Shown here: positions 42,077 to 54,900 of the stretch, piece by piece | Numbering within the stretch: the first letter of the stretch is position 1 | How the letters are laid out: every line of letters starts with the position of its first letter | Assembly: GCA_027923505.1 (NCBI GenBank) | Contig: BROI01000005.1 | Location: forward strand, 186,001 to 250,000 | Length of the DNA: 64,000 nt | Direction of reading: 5' to 3' | Source of the DNA: Mayamaea pseudoterrestris | Taxonomy: Eukaryota | Notes under the pieces: model-generated | The model's database searches: none | Told to the model about the DNA's origin: nothing | Seen by the model: only the letters and a program-made list of their open reading frames with translations | Program-made: the position numbers and the translations under genes

Positions 42077-43245
42077 ATGACCAGCAGAACTTCCATCACT
42101 GTTCCCTTTCTACTTGGAGCACTAACCTCTCTCTTTGTCACGACACTGATCGAAAGACGAAGGAAAGTGAATGAGAGACGGAATGGTATGTCCTGAATAC
42201 AGTATACGAGTACGCAGGAAATCAATGTGCTGTGGGCTGTGGATGGCGACGCAGTTCATGCTTGTTTAGCCTTTCTGCGCGAGCCTACGAAGCTTACACC
42301 AGGCTTCCATTAGCATTTACTGATCGGATTACCTTTTCTTGTAATGAAAACATCTGATCTCGTTGTCTTCTCTTTTTCGTTGGCGCTTTCACACAGCTGG
42401 TGCCACTCCCGAAGCCAACGACCTGTCACTCTTTTACGGAAACCAAGCGGCACTCACCACTGTCACGGAAAGACAGCGCTTTCTGGATGCCAACGTTTAC
42501 GGCGCATTGGTGCGCGACGCCGTGGTGTGCTGCGTCGACATTGTGCTGGTGCGAAACAACGACGAAACCAAGCGCAGGGAGTGTCTTTTGGTGGAGCGAT
42601 CGTCCGAGCCGGTCAAGGGAGCTTGGTGGTGGCCGGGCGGAAGACTACTGAAAGGTAAACGTGTATGATTATGATGTTATATGAGATGGTATGAAAGCTC
42701 AATTTTACATGCAACTGACCTCACCTTTTTGTTCGTGTAGGCGAAACCTTCTTTGACGCGGCAAAGCGAAAGGCTCGGCAAGAGGCAGGAATCACAAATG
42801 TTAATTGCATTCAAATGTAAGAGTTTTGATGCGATGTGATGAACTTGTATTGTTGCTGACTGTGAATGTTGTTTACTGACATGCGCCTCTAACTTCTACA
42901 TTCCTCGTGCAGCCTTGGTGTTTGGAACACCTTTTTTCCGTAAGTCGATACATCATGCGTCCCTTTCATTGCTTACTAAGATCCTTTCCTGATACTAACG
43001 CTCGCCCGTCTACCCGCAGTACATCCGCATGGGACAATGACTTTTCCAAGGGCACGCAGACTGTCAATGCCATTGTCTTGGTCGAGATTGTTGATCCATC
43101 CGAAAATCACGTCAAGCTCGACGATACGTCGGAGAATTATCGATGGATCAGTTTGGATGCTGACAGCGCTAGAGCAAACAATGAGGACGAGTATGTTGTG
43201 CAAGCCTTGCTGCGACTCAAGGCATGGAACCCAAACTATGTTTAA
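42077..43245 (+). CDS. Nudix hydrolase, GDP-mannose mannosyl hydrolase-like (exons 42077-42185, 42397-42654, 42741-42816, 42913-42939, 43020-43245)
   Basis: The spliced product contains CCVDIVLV, LLVERSSEPVKGAWWWPGGRLLKGETFFDAAKRKARQEAGI and LGVWNTFFPTSAW; all four introns are GT-AG and frame-preserving. Confidence 0.85.
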
Positions 43246-43573
43246 CGATTGAAAATATAGTCGCCGAGCAGTAAGCTGGGACGGACTGGACTATCGCGCA
43301 AGTACCTTACTACGAAACGCTTCGCATGCAACCTAGTCTAATAAGACCGTGCGAGTTTCTCAGTTGTCATGAACGCAGAGTGTAGAAATAGGAGAGAGAT
43401 TGAAAAGCTACACATGGCGAATGGCTGAAGCAAACACAGAGTACCGCTCCGAATCGTTTTGTCGCAGAGGTTCTCGTGAGATTCATCAACATCGCACGCT
43501 GTGGCGGTGTCGAGACCATGGGAAGCATCCGCTCAACAGCATTCATACGCTTTCTTTTCTACATCATAATCCC

Positions 43574-44470
43574 ATGTCAAAGAAAAAAAAATTGTCGAGA
43601 ATAGAAGTTTCGAAGGCAGCTTTCAATGAAGCCGTGCAGTCCTTCAGCGAGTCCATGCCTTTGCTGATGCATGGCTGCGGCGACGTGACTCCGAATCATG
43701 TCAACCAGGATACAGCTAAACTCGTCGCGTCCCTCACAGCCGACTATATTTCATCCTTGACGGATGCTGCCATTCGCGTTCAGCGTTTGCAGTCGCCGGA
43801 ATCGTTGCTGACGGCTCCGCCGCCTCGATTTCCCAAGTCGCTCCAACCATTGGCTCCGCCGCCGCAAAATGACTCGATGACGACGACGAACCATCAGCGA
43901 AAGCGACCAAGACGCAGCACGGACGAGTACTGGGACGAGCCGCTCCCGGCACCAAAGATCAAGAATCAAGCAGCGTCCAGTAACAGATCATCATTAGCAT
44001 GGGTCGGTCTTGCCGGTTGCGATTTCAGTAGTCGCACGCGCTCGGTTTTCGTTTCCGAGTGCCACGCCCTGTCGACGCGCACCTTTTTGTTTCCCATTTG
44101 CCACGACGCCTACGCCTATGGACGCGTCACGCAACTGCAGGCCTCCAAGCGAGCGTTGGTGCCGCTGCTGACGGATGCAGCCACCATGGAACTGATGAAA
44201 ACGGAAGGAGTGTTGGTGCGAACGAAAAAAGCAACAAAGGATAGAAGAAAGAAAAAGGCAATTGCTGCTGACGATGATGATGAGGACGACGATGAGCAAG
44301 ATGTAAACGAGGATGATGATGAGGATAACGAGTCGGCGAATAGTGACGAGGAAGATGGTGGACCAACCTGGACAGGCTTGGACGATTTGCTGCCAAGCTA
44401 TCGAACGCGGACGGAACATGATGTGGAATTGGAGCCAAACGTGGAAAGTTCCTTGTTTTGTAACATTTGA
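43574..44470 (+). CDS. TAF13/SPT3-like histone-fold protein with large insertion and acidic tail
   Basis: FSESMPLLMHGCGD...TAKLVASLTADYISSLTDAA and TFLFPICHDAYAYGRVTQL resemble the two halves of the TFIID-18kDa fold. Confidence 0.55.
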   Translation: MSKKKKLSRIEVSKAAFNEAVQSFSESMPLLMHGCGDVTPNHVNQDTAKLVASLTADYISSLTDAAIRVQRLQSPESLLTAPPPRFPKSLQPLAPPPQNDSMTTTNHQRKRPRRSTDEYWDEPLPAPKIKNQAASSNRSSLAWVGLAGCDFSSRTRSVFVSECHALSTRTFLFPICHDAYAYGRVTQLQASKRALVPLLTDAATMELMKTEGVLVRTKKATKDRRKKKAIAADDDDEDDDEQDVNEDDDEDNESANSDEEDGGPTWTGLDDLLPSYRTRTEHDVELEPNVESSLFCNI

Positions 44471-44612
44471 TTTGCTGTAGTAGCTTATAAAAGCTTTGTT
44501 AAAGCATTTTGGTGGTTGTGAAATACATAAGACTCAGCTCGACAACTCCGATAATACACCATGTACAGTACTAGAGTACCTACATACATGGCGTACTCTC
44601 CGCTCAGTGAAA

Positions 44613-45487
44613 TTACATCATACTGTCTCCCGCGTAGGCTGTCGCATTGAAAAGGATACACAAAGTGAGTTCCGTCTTCTTGTAGACAAATCGTCATGCA
44701 TAACACAACGTTTCAACTCACGCGCTGCCCGACCACTCTTCCAGTACGCTTGCAGGTTGGGGCGCTTTTTAAAGTGTTCGTAAAACTCCTTTAATGCAGG
44801 AACGTTGGCAGCATCCCAAGCATGCTCGTAAAAGTCGGTGTTGAACTGATGCACCGATGCATCCAACACATGAAACAAGCAAAAGTCGGCATACGTGACT
44901 CCACTTCCACCGGCAACAGGATTACTTAGACCAGCCTTTTTGACAATCTTGTCAAAGTGCGCCAAGTACTTGAGCATGCGATCCTTGGAAAATTCCTTGG
45001 ACGCTTCGTCGGCCTCTTCCTTTTGATCCTTGTAGCTGGCGTGATTCTGGACTGGATGAAAGGTGCTTCGGCCTTCGCCAATGTAGTCTAGCGCATTCAA
45101 TGTAATGGATGTAGCTTGGGCGCGCTCCTTGGCCGACTTGGGAGCGTAACCAAGGGCTTCGCCCAAGTACTCCATGCAGGCGCCAACTTGATTCACAAAG
45201 ACTTGTTCGTCATCGCCATTGCTTGGTCGATGCCAAATGGCTGGCGGATACAAGACGGGAAATGGCTGACTACTAATATCGTCGCTCACGCTAATCAACG
45301 CGGGCGATCCGCGAAACATATCCATGGATCCTTGTGGCCCGTACAAGCCATCGCCGGAGTCTAGATAGGCAACGCCAGCATCCTCCAGCATGAGGCGGAG
45401 GAATTCGCCGCGGCCTTTGAGGGTTCCGGGTGAATGATAGAGGACAGTCCACTCGGGAACTGCGTTTGATGAGGTGGAAGATGTCAT
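44613..45487 (-). CDS. Glutathione S-transferase (intron 44639-44721)
   Basis: KGRGEFLRLMLEDAGVAY, PPAI, NQVGACMEYLG and VTYADFCLFHVLD; spliced tail RPNLQAYWKSGRAAP|YAGDSMM*. Confidence 0.88.
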
Positions 45488-46172
45488 GATGGTATGTATG
45501 AATGAAAGATTGGAAGCAAAGACAGAATAGCGACGTTTGCCATGTGAATGTGACGGAAAGATCTTGGTCGGGTGCATGGATCGCGATGTTCGTCGACGTT
45601 CCAAATTCTGTGTCGCACTGGTGACTTAACGTAAGCACTCGTACCGGTAGTCGTCGCTTCGTCAAAAGCTAGCGCATCGTGCAATGTAATGTGCTGTAGT
45701 CTTCTAATGCTTGACTAGCCTTGCCGTCTACCAGTAGTGACGCTTTTCCTCATTCATATCTTGTAGTTACTGACGAAGCAAAACCTACTCTAAGGACTTT
45801 GTTGAAGCATAGCTAGCGAAAAGAGCTATATCTAGCAGTCGCCGGAATGTATGGGCGGATGAAAAAGTCTACGGGTAGCTCAGGCTGTGTGAGCCATGAT
45901 TTGGTATTTGTCGGACAGATACGAGTAAGTCGAATGTTGACTGTACATATACTGGAACAGGTTAGTATGAAGATCTTTCGTGGCATTGAAGCGAGTGTGT
46001 AAAGGCGCACATGATAGTTAAGGTACGGCTAATCGCAATTGAATCTTCTGGTAGGCGCGACTACATAGGTACTTGTTGTTTCATGCTCTGCCGACGGCAC
46101 GCAATCTAGATACAAACAATTGCATTTGCGTATACTGATAGTAGTAAATGAAAGATTCAACGCTACAGCAAT

Positions 46173-47132
46173 TTAAACATCATAAAAGTCCCGCTTTGGC
46201 TCGCCAATTGGATCAGGCTTGTCAATGGACTTTTCTGGGCGCTTTTCGCGACGCTCGCGCTCGCCCCGAAAGATATTGTCCTCGGCATCCTTGTCGCCGC
46301 CGACATATTCCGTGGTCTTTTCAATCACTTCCTGTGCGCCACCACGTAACTTGTTCATGCCAGTTTGGGTAGAGTAATCGGTGTCGGCAGCGGCTCCTGC
46401 TGCCTTGTCTCCTGCCTTGGTTAAATCTTCCTTGGCGCTGTCTTTTGTGTTCTCGTAGCTTGCAGTTGCACTTTCCTTGGCGTTTCCTGCCATGTTTTTG
46501 GCGCTGTCATATGCGGATGATGCCTTGTCTTTGGCAGTCTCATATCCATCCTGCATCTTGTTCCCCGCCTCGCCAAGCATGTCCTTTGCATTGCCGGCCT
46601 TGTTCTTCATGTCTTCGACGGTATCGTCACTTGGTGTCACAAAGTCTTTTGTCGTTTCGTAAGCTGAAGACGCCATGTCCTTTGATTTCTCATAACCAGC
46701 TTTTACATTGTCCTTGGCTTGATCAACTGTTTCGTCACTTGGAGTGACAAAGTCTTTCGTCTTTTCAAAAGCTGACGCAGCCATATCCTTCGTCTTTTCG
46801 AACCCAGCCTTCACCTTGTCCTTCGTTTCTTCAACAGTCTCTTCCGTGGGAGTGACAAACTCCTTCGTCTTGACGAATGCCGCGGCGGCGGCTTCCTTTG
46901 TCTTTTCGAGACCAACCTTTGCCATGTCTTTGGATACTTCAAAGCCTTCTTGAAGCTTATCGCCGGCCTTGGAAAAGATGCCAAGATCTTCATTTCCACC
47001 ATCCCTCGTCGTGACTTTGGATCGCTGCTGAAGGGAAGCAAAGGCAAACGGCGCCGTCCTTGGCGCGAGGCGGAATCCCGCAAGGCCTTGTGCCGCGCGG
47101 GCACTGGGGACTGCTAGGCGCATCATGTACAT
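46173..47132 (-). CDS. LEA-like hydrophilic repeat protein with putative mitochondrial presequence
   Basis: A/K/E/D/T-rich amphipathic repeats (AYETTKD, GYEKSKDMASSAY); Arg/Ala-rich N-terminus. Confidence 0.75.
   Translation of the reverse strand: MYMMRLAVPSARAAQGLAGFRLAPRTAPFAFASLQQRSKVTTRDGGNEDLGIFSKAGDKLQEGFEVSKDMAKVGLEKTKEAAAAAFVKTKEFVTPTEETVEETKDKVKAGFEKTKDMAASAFEKTKDFVTPSDETVDQAKDNVKAGYEKSKDMASSAYETTKDFVTPSDDTVEDMKNKAGNAKDMLGEAGNKMQDGYETAKDKASSAYDSAKNMAGNAKESATASYENTKDSAKEDLTKAGDKAAGAAADTDYSTQTGMNKLRGGAQEVIEKTTEYVGGDKDAEDNIFRGERERREKRPEKSIDKPDPIGEPKRDFYDV
46600..46930 (-). repeat. About three degenerate 108-bp (36-aa) coding tandem repeats
   Basis: K(E/D)FVTP(T/S)(E/D)(E/D)TV recurs every 36 aa; gt(g/c)acaaa occurs near 46852, 46744 and 46636. 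Confidence 0.85.
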
Positions 47133-47414
47133 AATGATTGCTTTGTTTCAAAATTGCAGCAACGGAGATTTGGTTTGCAGGTATAGTGAGCAACTGTGTC
47201 ACTTCTTCGATGTAACTTGATCTTCCAAAAGGTTCGCAGCAAGATTTCCATCGTCGTCGAGCAAAAAAGCGTCGCATCGTCCTCGACGCTTCATGTCGCA
47301 CCAATACTCAGTGCGACACGCAAAAAGCGTCGACAAAAAATTCGCCATTCCAAAATCACAGGTTTGCTGCCAATATTCAGGCGCAGAGTTGATGTAATAT
47401 CTTTATAATCGAGG

Positions 47415-48254
47415 ATGAAATGTCGTCCATACGAGTCAGTCCTTTGGGGATTGCTGCTTCTGCTGCCAACATGTTGCTCGACGTTCACACCTTCCATTAT
47501 GTCGTCGTCGACGCATCGGATGAACAGGAAGAATTTAAACCATCGGCACTATCAGCCAGTTGCATTACAACGCAAGCATATCAAGCTTTTTAGTTCCGCA
47601 GACTTTGACTTTTCGTCGTCCTGGGCCTGGGAGCAGTACTATGCCAGGAATGAAAGCGTCGTGACGGATTGGCACGGCTCGGTGCCGCTTCAAGACATTG
47701 CCTTATTGGTGAGTGAACAACTTGATGCACAGCAGATGCAGCAGCAAGAAGAAGGCAAAGAAGAAGATGCAGAGAAAGACACAGAGACTTTTAATCCGAC
47801 ATGCCTCATTATCGGATGCGGCACCTCCGACCTACCGACCGTTCTACGTGCATTCTTGCCAAAACTGCGCATGATTCTGCTCGACTCGTCGGCAACCTGC
47901 ATGATCATGTTACGCGAACGATATCAACATGATTCTCTCGTCACATGCATTTGCGAGGATGCCACGCGACTCGACTCCATCGCAGACGACTCGATTGACT
48001 TGATCATTGACAAGGGTTTCTTGGACGCCTTGCTTTGTAGCGAAGGATGGAACGGGTTGGTAGAACGAACAATGGCGGCGGCGACGCGAGTCTTGAAGCG
48101 CGGCAGCGGGAAATATGTTTGGATTGGATACAAGCTTCCGCAGTCGACGCTTGATTTCATGGCGGAAACGACAGCTTTGGATATGCATTGGGAGAATGAT
48201 TGCGATGGCTCAAACGACAATGTGGCAATTCGAATTGGTGTTAGAAAACGTTGA
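47415..48254 (+). CDS. Class I SAM-dependent methyltransferase (EEF1AKMT4/METTL13-like) with N-terminal signal
   Basis: WEQYY..DWH, LIIGCGTS, LLDSS, CEDAT, DLIIDKGFLDALLC and RVLK. Confidence 0.82.
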   Translation: MKCRPYESVLWGLLLLLPTCCSTFTPSIMSSSTHRMNRKNLNHRHYQPVALQRKHIKLFSSADFDFSSSWAWEQYYARNESVVTDWHGSVPLQDIALLVSEQLDAQQMQQQEEGKEEDAEKDTETFNPTCLIIGCGTSDLPTVLRAFLPKLRMILLDSSATCMIMLRERYQHDSLVTCICEDATRLDSIADDSIDLIIDKGFLDALLCSEGWNGLVERTMAAATRVLKRGSGKYVWIGYKLPQSTLDFMAETTALDMHWENDCDGSNDNVAIRIGVRKR

Positions 48255-48963
48255 AAGTGAAGCGCTGAATTGAGTCCTGCATCATCTTCCTTGCCTTTGC
48301 TTTTCGCTATTGACTCATATGGTGGTGGGGCCTTGCCTGAATGCATGCTTTTTGACGCCTTCTCGCAGCGCGAAAAGCAAGTCGCCAACCCAAAGCTGAT
48401 TGCGATCAGTCACACAATCACATGGACAATAGAGCTCTATTGGATTGCTATTATAAACAGCCTTCCTCGTAAGAGTCACTGATGGGTGAGACGAAGGAGC
48501 GCACATGTAAAGTGTGCTCCTGCTCCTTTGAAAGATAACAATGCAACTACCAGCTCTTAATCCATTCAACCAATTTCATATTTAAACACATTCGCGGGGC
48601 GGGGAGGTGGTAGGATCAATGGTTTCACAAAGCCTGCAAAGACTTTTGCGCGCTCCGCGCGCACAAACACTGCCAAACAGACAGTAGATACAGTGGCCTT
48701 CAAAGCAACCATTTGATGGGTTGGTGCCAACAACACTTGTCCATATGGAACCAAAGGAGAGACGAAAGATTGCAGTAATTGAGTGGTAATCAATGGTTTA
48801 AGAGCATACTCCTAAAGTAAAGCAATGTGTTTTGGGATAGCTAATACGGTCATTGTGTGGGTCATTGCATGCGCCCAAAGCCTGACGTCATATCTGTCGC
48901 AGTGGCAGCCTTCCAATTAATGTCGTGAAGCATGTTCGGATAGATCCTACCACAACTAATGAA

Positions 48964-51900
48964 TTATTCTAGAAAGTCGTCCAAATCAGCTTCGTCCGAT
49001 CCTTCCTCCATGTTGGCGAATGTCAAAAAGTGTTGTGGACGGTGACACTCGGCGTAGAATGGCTCTGGCACGTCCATCTTTAAGCTGTAATCCATTGTCG
49101 CGTTGTGTTTCACGCCCTGGAAATTGTAGTTCCAGCCCAAGCCACTCTCCGGAACCATAAAGAACCCTTTAAAGCGATCCGACAACAGCATCTGCACCTT
49201 TTCAAAACAGTAGGTCGAATAGTCATCCGCGTTGGCGACGCCTCCAGGCACATTGCGGCTCTTCTTGCCCCAATCCAAACCGGCGTCCGTAACGCGATAC
49301 GCCGTCAACGAACACGATCCCTGCGTGAACGCTGTTGTAATGATAATTTCGTCCTTGCCATTCCAAGCCTTGGGATTATCCTGCATTATGGAAGCGTGGG
49401 CAACCACGTCGGGCGCCGGAAGGATCTGGACGCCGTTTTGAATAATCTCATTCGGCTGCGTGTGAATCCAGCCCAGTGGCTGCAAATCCTTCAGCATGTC
49501 CGATTCGGGAAATCGTTTCGGTACTGTAACACTTTGATGATTGCCGACTTGCGGTACCAAAACAATACATCTCACTTCGCGGACTTGATCATTGTCCGGC
49601 GGCGTCACACCGAACAAATATCCTGCAATCTGAGTTCGCAAATCTGCGCACATGATGAATTTCGAGAGAATGTTCTTCGGCAGTACATACGTCAAACCAT
49701 CCTCCGAAATGTCTTCCGACGAGACGTAAATGTGCTTGGTGCGCAGATACAGATTCGTTGCGCTTATTGCACGAACTCGCCAGTCAGTCTTGCTTTGAAA
49801 GGTTGCTGACTCGTACTGCGTTGTCGTAGTCACCACAATTTGTTCGCCGTGCACATTGGTCGTTTTGGTAGTTGTAGCCGTCATTTGCGATTGATCACGA
49901 GCCTGAGCTTCAATTTCAGCCACTTGCTGGCGTTGCACTGATGGAGGCGCAATCTCCATTCCAAGAATAATATCGCGAATCTCACTCTGCGTCAGCGACG
50001 ACACGTTCACGTTGTTCTTCTTTCCGTAGTCACCAAGAATCAAGTCCTTGAGCGCTACCTCCACCTTGATCCACTGTGCGTCCGTGAGAGTCGGCCAAAC
50101 ATGATGGGGCTCTGTGATAACGCTCTTATCCGGTCGCAAAATCTGTTTCACTTTGTCAGCGTTGACGTGCAAGCCGCGCAGAATGAGAATCAGACGTGAA
50201 AATGCAGTGTAAGACGATATGCTCTTCAGCCAATCGTCGTATATGTTAAACAAGACCATCTGTGGCTCCGTCGCCCGAAGGATAAGATCGCCAAGCTTCT
50301 CTACTTTCAAAGCCGCCTGGAAAGGAAGCTGTAGCTCGGAGCCCTTCAACACAATATTCGGAAAGTCAAGACAGTGCACTTCCAACGGATCAAGCAATCC
50401 CTTGCGCGTCACAATAATCTGCTTCGGTTGTTCCTCAATCGGCAATGAGCGAATCAGCGCAGCGACTTCTTCGGCTGTCTTCCACTTTGCAAGCTGCGAC
50501 AAACGCTTCTGGCCGGCCCAGACACTCGTGTGGATAATCTTGAGGAAGAGCTGACCTGTCCTTGGGTTGAAAATGAAAATGGCACCGTTGATCGGTTTCG
50601 TAACCAAATTTCCTTCAAAAGTCTTGTGAATTGTAACGCGGTAGACATTCGTATCGTCGACAAACCAGATAACCTGATTACTGAATAATTCTCCATAATT
50701 CTGCGAGCTCAAGTAAGGCTCCGTTGGCTCACTGCTGTAGAGCTGCAGCGCTTTTCGGATCCGCTCGCGTAGAACGTACAAGGCAGGGTTCGCCTTCATG
50801 ATCTTTGCCATTGCTTGCTGCAGGAGAGGCTTGCCGCCAGGGATGTAGTTACCGAACCCGCTATACAGTGAATACGCCAGGTCGACTGCGAGAAGAATAC
50901 CAGTAGGCGAAGGATAGATACTCATGTTGTCCGTCGTGTAGTCAAGAAACTTGGCGCGACCATAGCGTTCGATGTCGTGACTGTCGAAGTCTCCCCATCG
51001 TAATTGGACATCAATCCAGTATTTATTCGTCGTGGTTCCATCAAAATCATCTTTCGTATCGTGCAAAAGTGATGGCTTGGTGACCTGCCACTTGTATGCG
51101 GCGAATAGTACCAAGTCCGCGCAGCTACTGTTCATTTTGTATGACTTTCGCGGATGAATTGTTTCCTTCTGCACAGATTCAATCTCAAGCGCGTCAAGCT
51201 CCTGGTCAAAAACTTGAACAATGTCCATGACAAGTGATTCGTGTATCTTCTGCCACAGATGGGCGCGGAAAATTTGAATCAAAGATATTTTAAGAGTGGG
51301 AATCTTTCCGTGCATGAATATTCCGGTCAAATCTAATTGGACTTGGAATCCAACGTATACGTTGGCTCGGTTAATGGTTGGCGACCACCACAGCGTGAAT
51401 CGACGGTTCGGGATCTGCGTCAATCCAGAACGTTGGGCGTTGGTCAGCTTTTTGAACTTCATGCTCTCTTCAAATCCACTGTACGACGAAAAACAATCAG
51501 TGTGAGCGAAACAAACAAAACAAGTTTATAATGGCGGTCCACTGCTGCAAAAGACTTACGATGCCTTTTCCCAAAAGAGACCCTCCCAAGTAGGAAAATA
51601 GGTGCCTTTAAACAAACTATGTTCGAGAATGCCTTCAACACCACCCAGAGCTTGAATCATATCCGTTCGATAAGCGTTCAAATTCCACAGCTTTCCATCA
51701 TGTCGCTGATGAGTCCACCAAAAAGGATTCACGCGAAGAATGTGGAACTTCTTCATCTCCTCGCGGCATCGCCAGCCGCGGTCATACGCCAGCGTATGAC
51801 GGTCCTTCGAAAATAAAGTGTTTATCCGAGGAATACCACGATCCCAAGAGTCTTCCAAATCTTCTAAAGTCAAGCGACGGTTTTGTGCGTTTGCCTCTTG

Positions 51901-54900
51901 GCGCTTCAGTGCATACTCAGCCCAGACTCGCTGAGAATCAACAAATTCACTCTCCCACGGCTGAATGTATCGAAACAGGTTGGGAATCAGCTGGTCGGCA
52001 TCGTGCGAAAGACCCGCCCGGAAATGCGTAACACCTAGATCCGTCTGCTTGCTGTATCGCAAATCACTTTGAGGAATAAGCACATGACCCATCGAAAGCA
52101 TACCCAATCCTCCAAGTTCCTTTGGACAGTAGAAGACGACTGGAGGGAATCGTGAAGGCATTTTCGAGTTCAGTCCGATCTTAATGCGTGTTTGAATCTT
52201 GTTTTCGTTTTTAACCAACAAATCAAGGAGTTCCTGGCTATTCAAAACAGCCTCGCGATAGTATGTCATCAATCCGATAAGTGCAGTGTTCCATTTATTG
52301 GCAATTTTCGTGAACGTCGTTGCTCCACTACTCATTAATACCTGACGGATTCTATTGTCGAACGACCTGATAGCTTCCTCTTCGACACGAAGATGCGCCT
52401 GCGCCGTCATTTCCTTTGTCGTGTCATTCTGAAGATTCCAAACACCGTCCTTATAAACAATACCTTTTGCGCCCGGTTGATTATCCTTGCGAGCCGCCTT
52501 AATAGGCTGGATACGTACTTCAAAGCCACTCATATCAAACAATAGGTTAGGATTGTCGCAGCTGTAAACGCTGACAAACGACAAATCCCAGTCAAGACTT
52601 GTGACACTTCGAGGAAGCCGATTTTTCACTTCATTAAAGACACCGCGTCCAAGATTTACATCGCGCTTCAAAAGCCTCATCCTTGAGTCACGCGGCCAGC
52701 ACTTCTTGTTCTTGTAACCGACTGCGTTTGTGTTGTTCGGATCGGGATGCTCCATCAAAAAACGCTGTATGAGATCTTTGCTCTCGCCCGCGCTGAATTT
52801 AAACACAATGTAGATCTTGTCGAAATAGCGCATATACAACCGAATTGGATGCCCTATCTCAGTCTCAACATCAGGATACGTGAGAAACTCATTCGGCCGC
52901 TGCGGCTCACCAGCAATCTCGCTTGCTCTAGCCAGTCCAAGGACCAACAGATCCAGCACTAAACCGTAGTACTGAACGACAAAGGAAGCGAACTGAAGTC
53001 CTCGAATAAGTCCGTAAGAGTTCGTATGGAGCATGTCCTTGAACGCAATGCTGACGTTGTTCTTGGCTGTGATGTAGTCACTCAAGTTATGATCCATGAT
53101 CAGACGCAAAAGTCGATTCAAAAGCGTCAAATCAATTTTCTCGTAAAATTTGTCGAACTGCGATTGCAGCAGAACAACTGATTCCCCTGGATCCTCGACG
53201 TCCCAGACTTGTTCCAAATTATTGATGCCTTGGCACCACTTGTAAACAAGCAAAGGCGGCGGCTCCGAGTCTGACGGCTTCACCCAGTTGGGGAACAAAT
53301 GTCGTTTGTCCGCTTCGTACCACAAGTACTGATCCAGATAGGCATCTGTGATCTTTTCCAGTGGCTCGATGGTATACACAGGCGAAAGGTACTCGTACAT
53401 ATCCATAAACTCTATCTCCACCTCTTTAAATGTACGTTGCGTCAATAGATGACGCTTGATTCGAGATAGAGCTTCGTGTGGATTGTCGTACGCTTGTTCA
53501 ATGAGAGCAAGCTCCTCTCGAGCAGCGCTATTCAACCGAGTAGCAAGCCCGTAATTTTCCTTTAGTCGCTCTAGCGCGAGGATCAGCAGCTTTGTATCGT
53601 GCTTGTATGACAGCGGCGGAAACGGAATGGGCGTGAACTTACGGCTTTCAAGCCAGTGAACAGTCGTTGTGTAAATTGCAACCGCTTCCTCGGCGGAAAC
53701 GTACGGACCGTCCTTCAAATAGTTGTGCTGGCGCTCCTGCTCAGCCTTCAGCCAAAGCCTAGTCAAGCGGCCAAGATTCTTCTTCACTACCGTCTTGTCC
53801 ACAGTTCCTCCACGCTTTATGCGTTCGCGATTATAATGAGCAATGTTCGTCCACCAATCCGCCTTTGCCTTGACGTAACGAAGAATCATCTGCTCAATGG
53901 GCCCAGGCATTCCCGGAACCTTCCATGGAATGTTTGCTTTCCAGCAACGAAATGCTTCAGATAGATGACTCAATATGACACGACTCTTGTTCTGTTTGAT
54001 ACCAGCAGGCATCATATCCAGGCTTTGATAAGTCAAGCGAAGCGCAATGTTAGTAAGGCATGCGATAACTGATTTTAAAGAAACAACATGCGAGAACACT
54101 TACATATCATGCATGACACTCGCCCGAAGTTCCAAGTCAAAATGAGACTCGACTCGTTGCTTCGTCACATTCTTGGCAAGCGCCTTGGAGTGGCGGCCCT
54201 CAAATTGCCGAGCCAATAAATTTCCCAGCCATCGCTCCAAAAGCGGAGTAATGCCGCGCAGAAAGAACATCCAAACGCGCCAACTCGGCGCCCAGACACC
54301 GACGCCCGGTCCCTTGCCGACCGGTCCAGTGTTGAATTTGTAGTAAATCAAATGCTTTAAATCCTTGCACGTCCGGATTTGTCGCATGACACGGTACTTG
54401 TAACGATACATTCCAGTAAGCTGCCCAACATGGTTGAATATATACTGCAAACCATCCGCTAACTGGTATGCATCAATATTTCCTAGCCGAAATTGAACGT
54501 GGGCGTCAACGACAAGTTTCGTCAGACGAAGAATCTCACGGACCAAGTGAAACGCGTTTCCAAAGCGAGACTTCTTTCGCTCCTTCGTCGTCAATGTCTT
54601 CGTCGGCTTCAAATTGAAATTGTAGTCAAGATGCAAGTACTTAAGTCGTTTGCGCTGAATCAAAAGATTGAGCACATTGTGACCCTGCCGACAAAGCTGC
54701 AAGCCGGCCTCGACCCAATCCAGTTCGGTGCACTGGAAGAACTTTGTACTCTTGAGACTCTTCAGCAAGTCGCGCTTGTTCTTTGGCTTCATGGGCTTGA
54801 AGTGAAGTTGACTCAACACCCAAGCCTTTAACAGCTTTTGATAGGAAACGCGAACCTTGGTCGGATACTTCATGTCGGGCGAAACACGGTCGCGGTACCA

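Noticed and set aside
44613..45487. GST as part of the arsenic cluster
   Set aside because: It lies about 17 kb away with many unrelated genes in between.
49105..49809. Long antisense ORFs (this one, 56864-57661, 24625-25161 and similar)
   Set aside because: They are shadows of real genes on the opposite strand, with no protein motifs.
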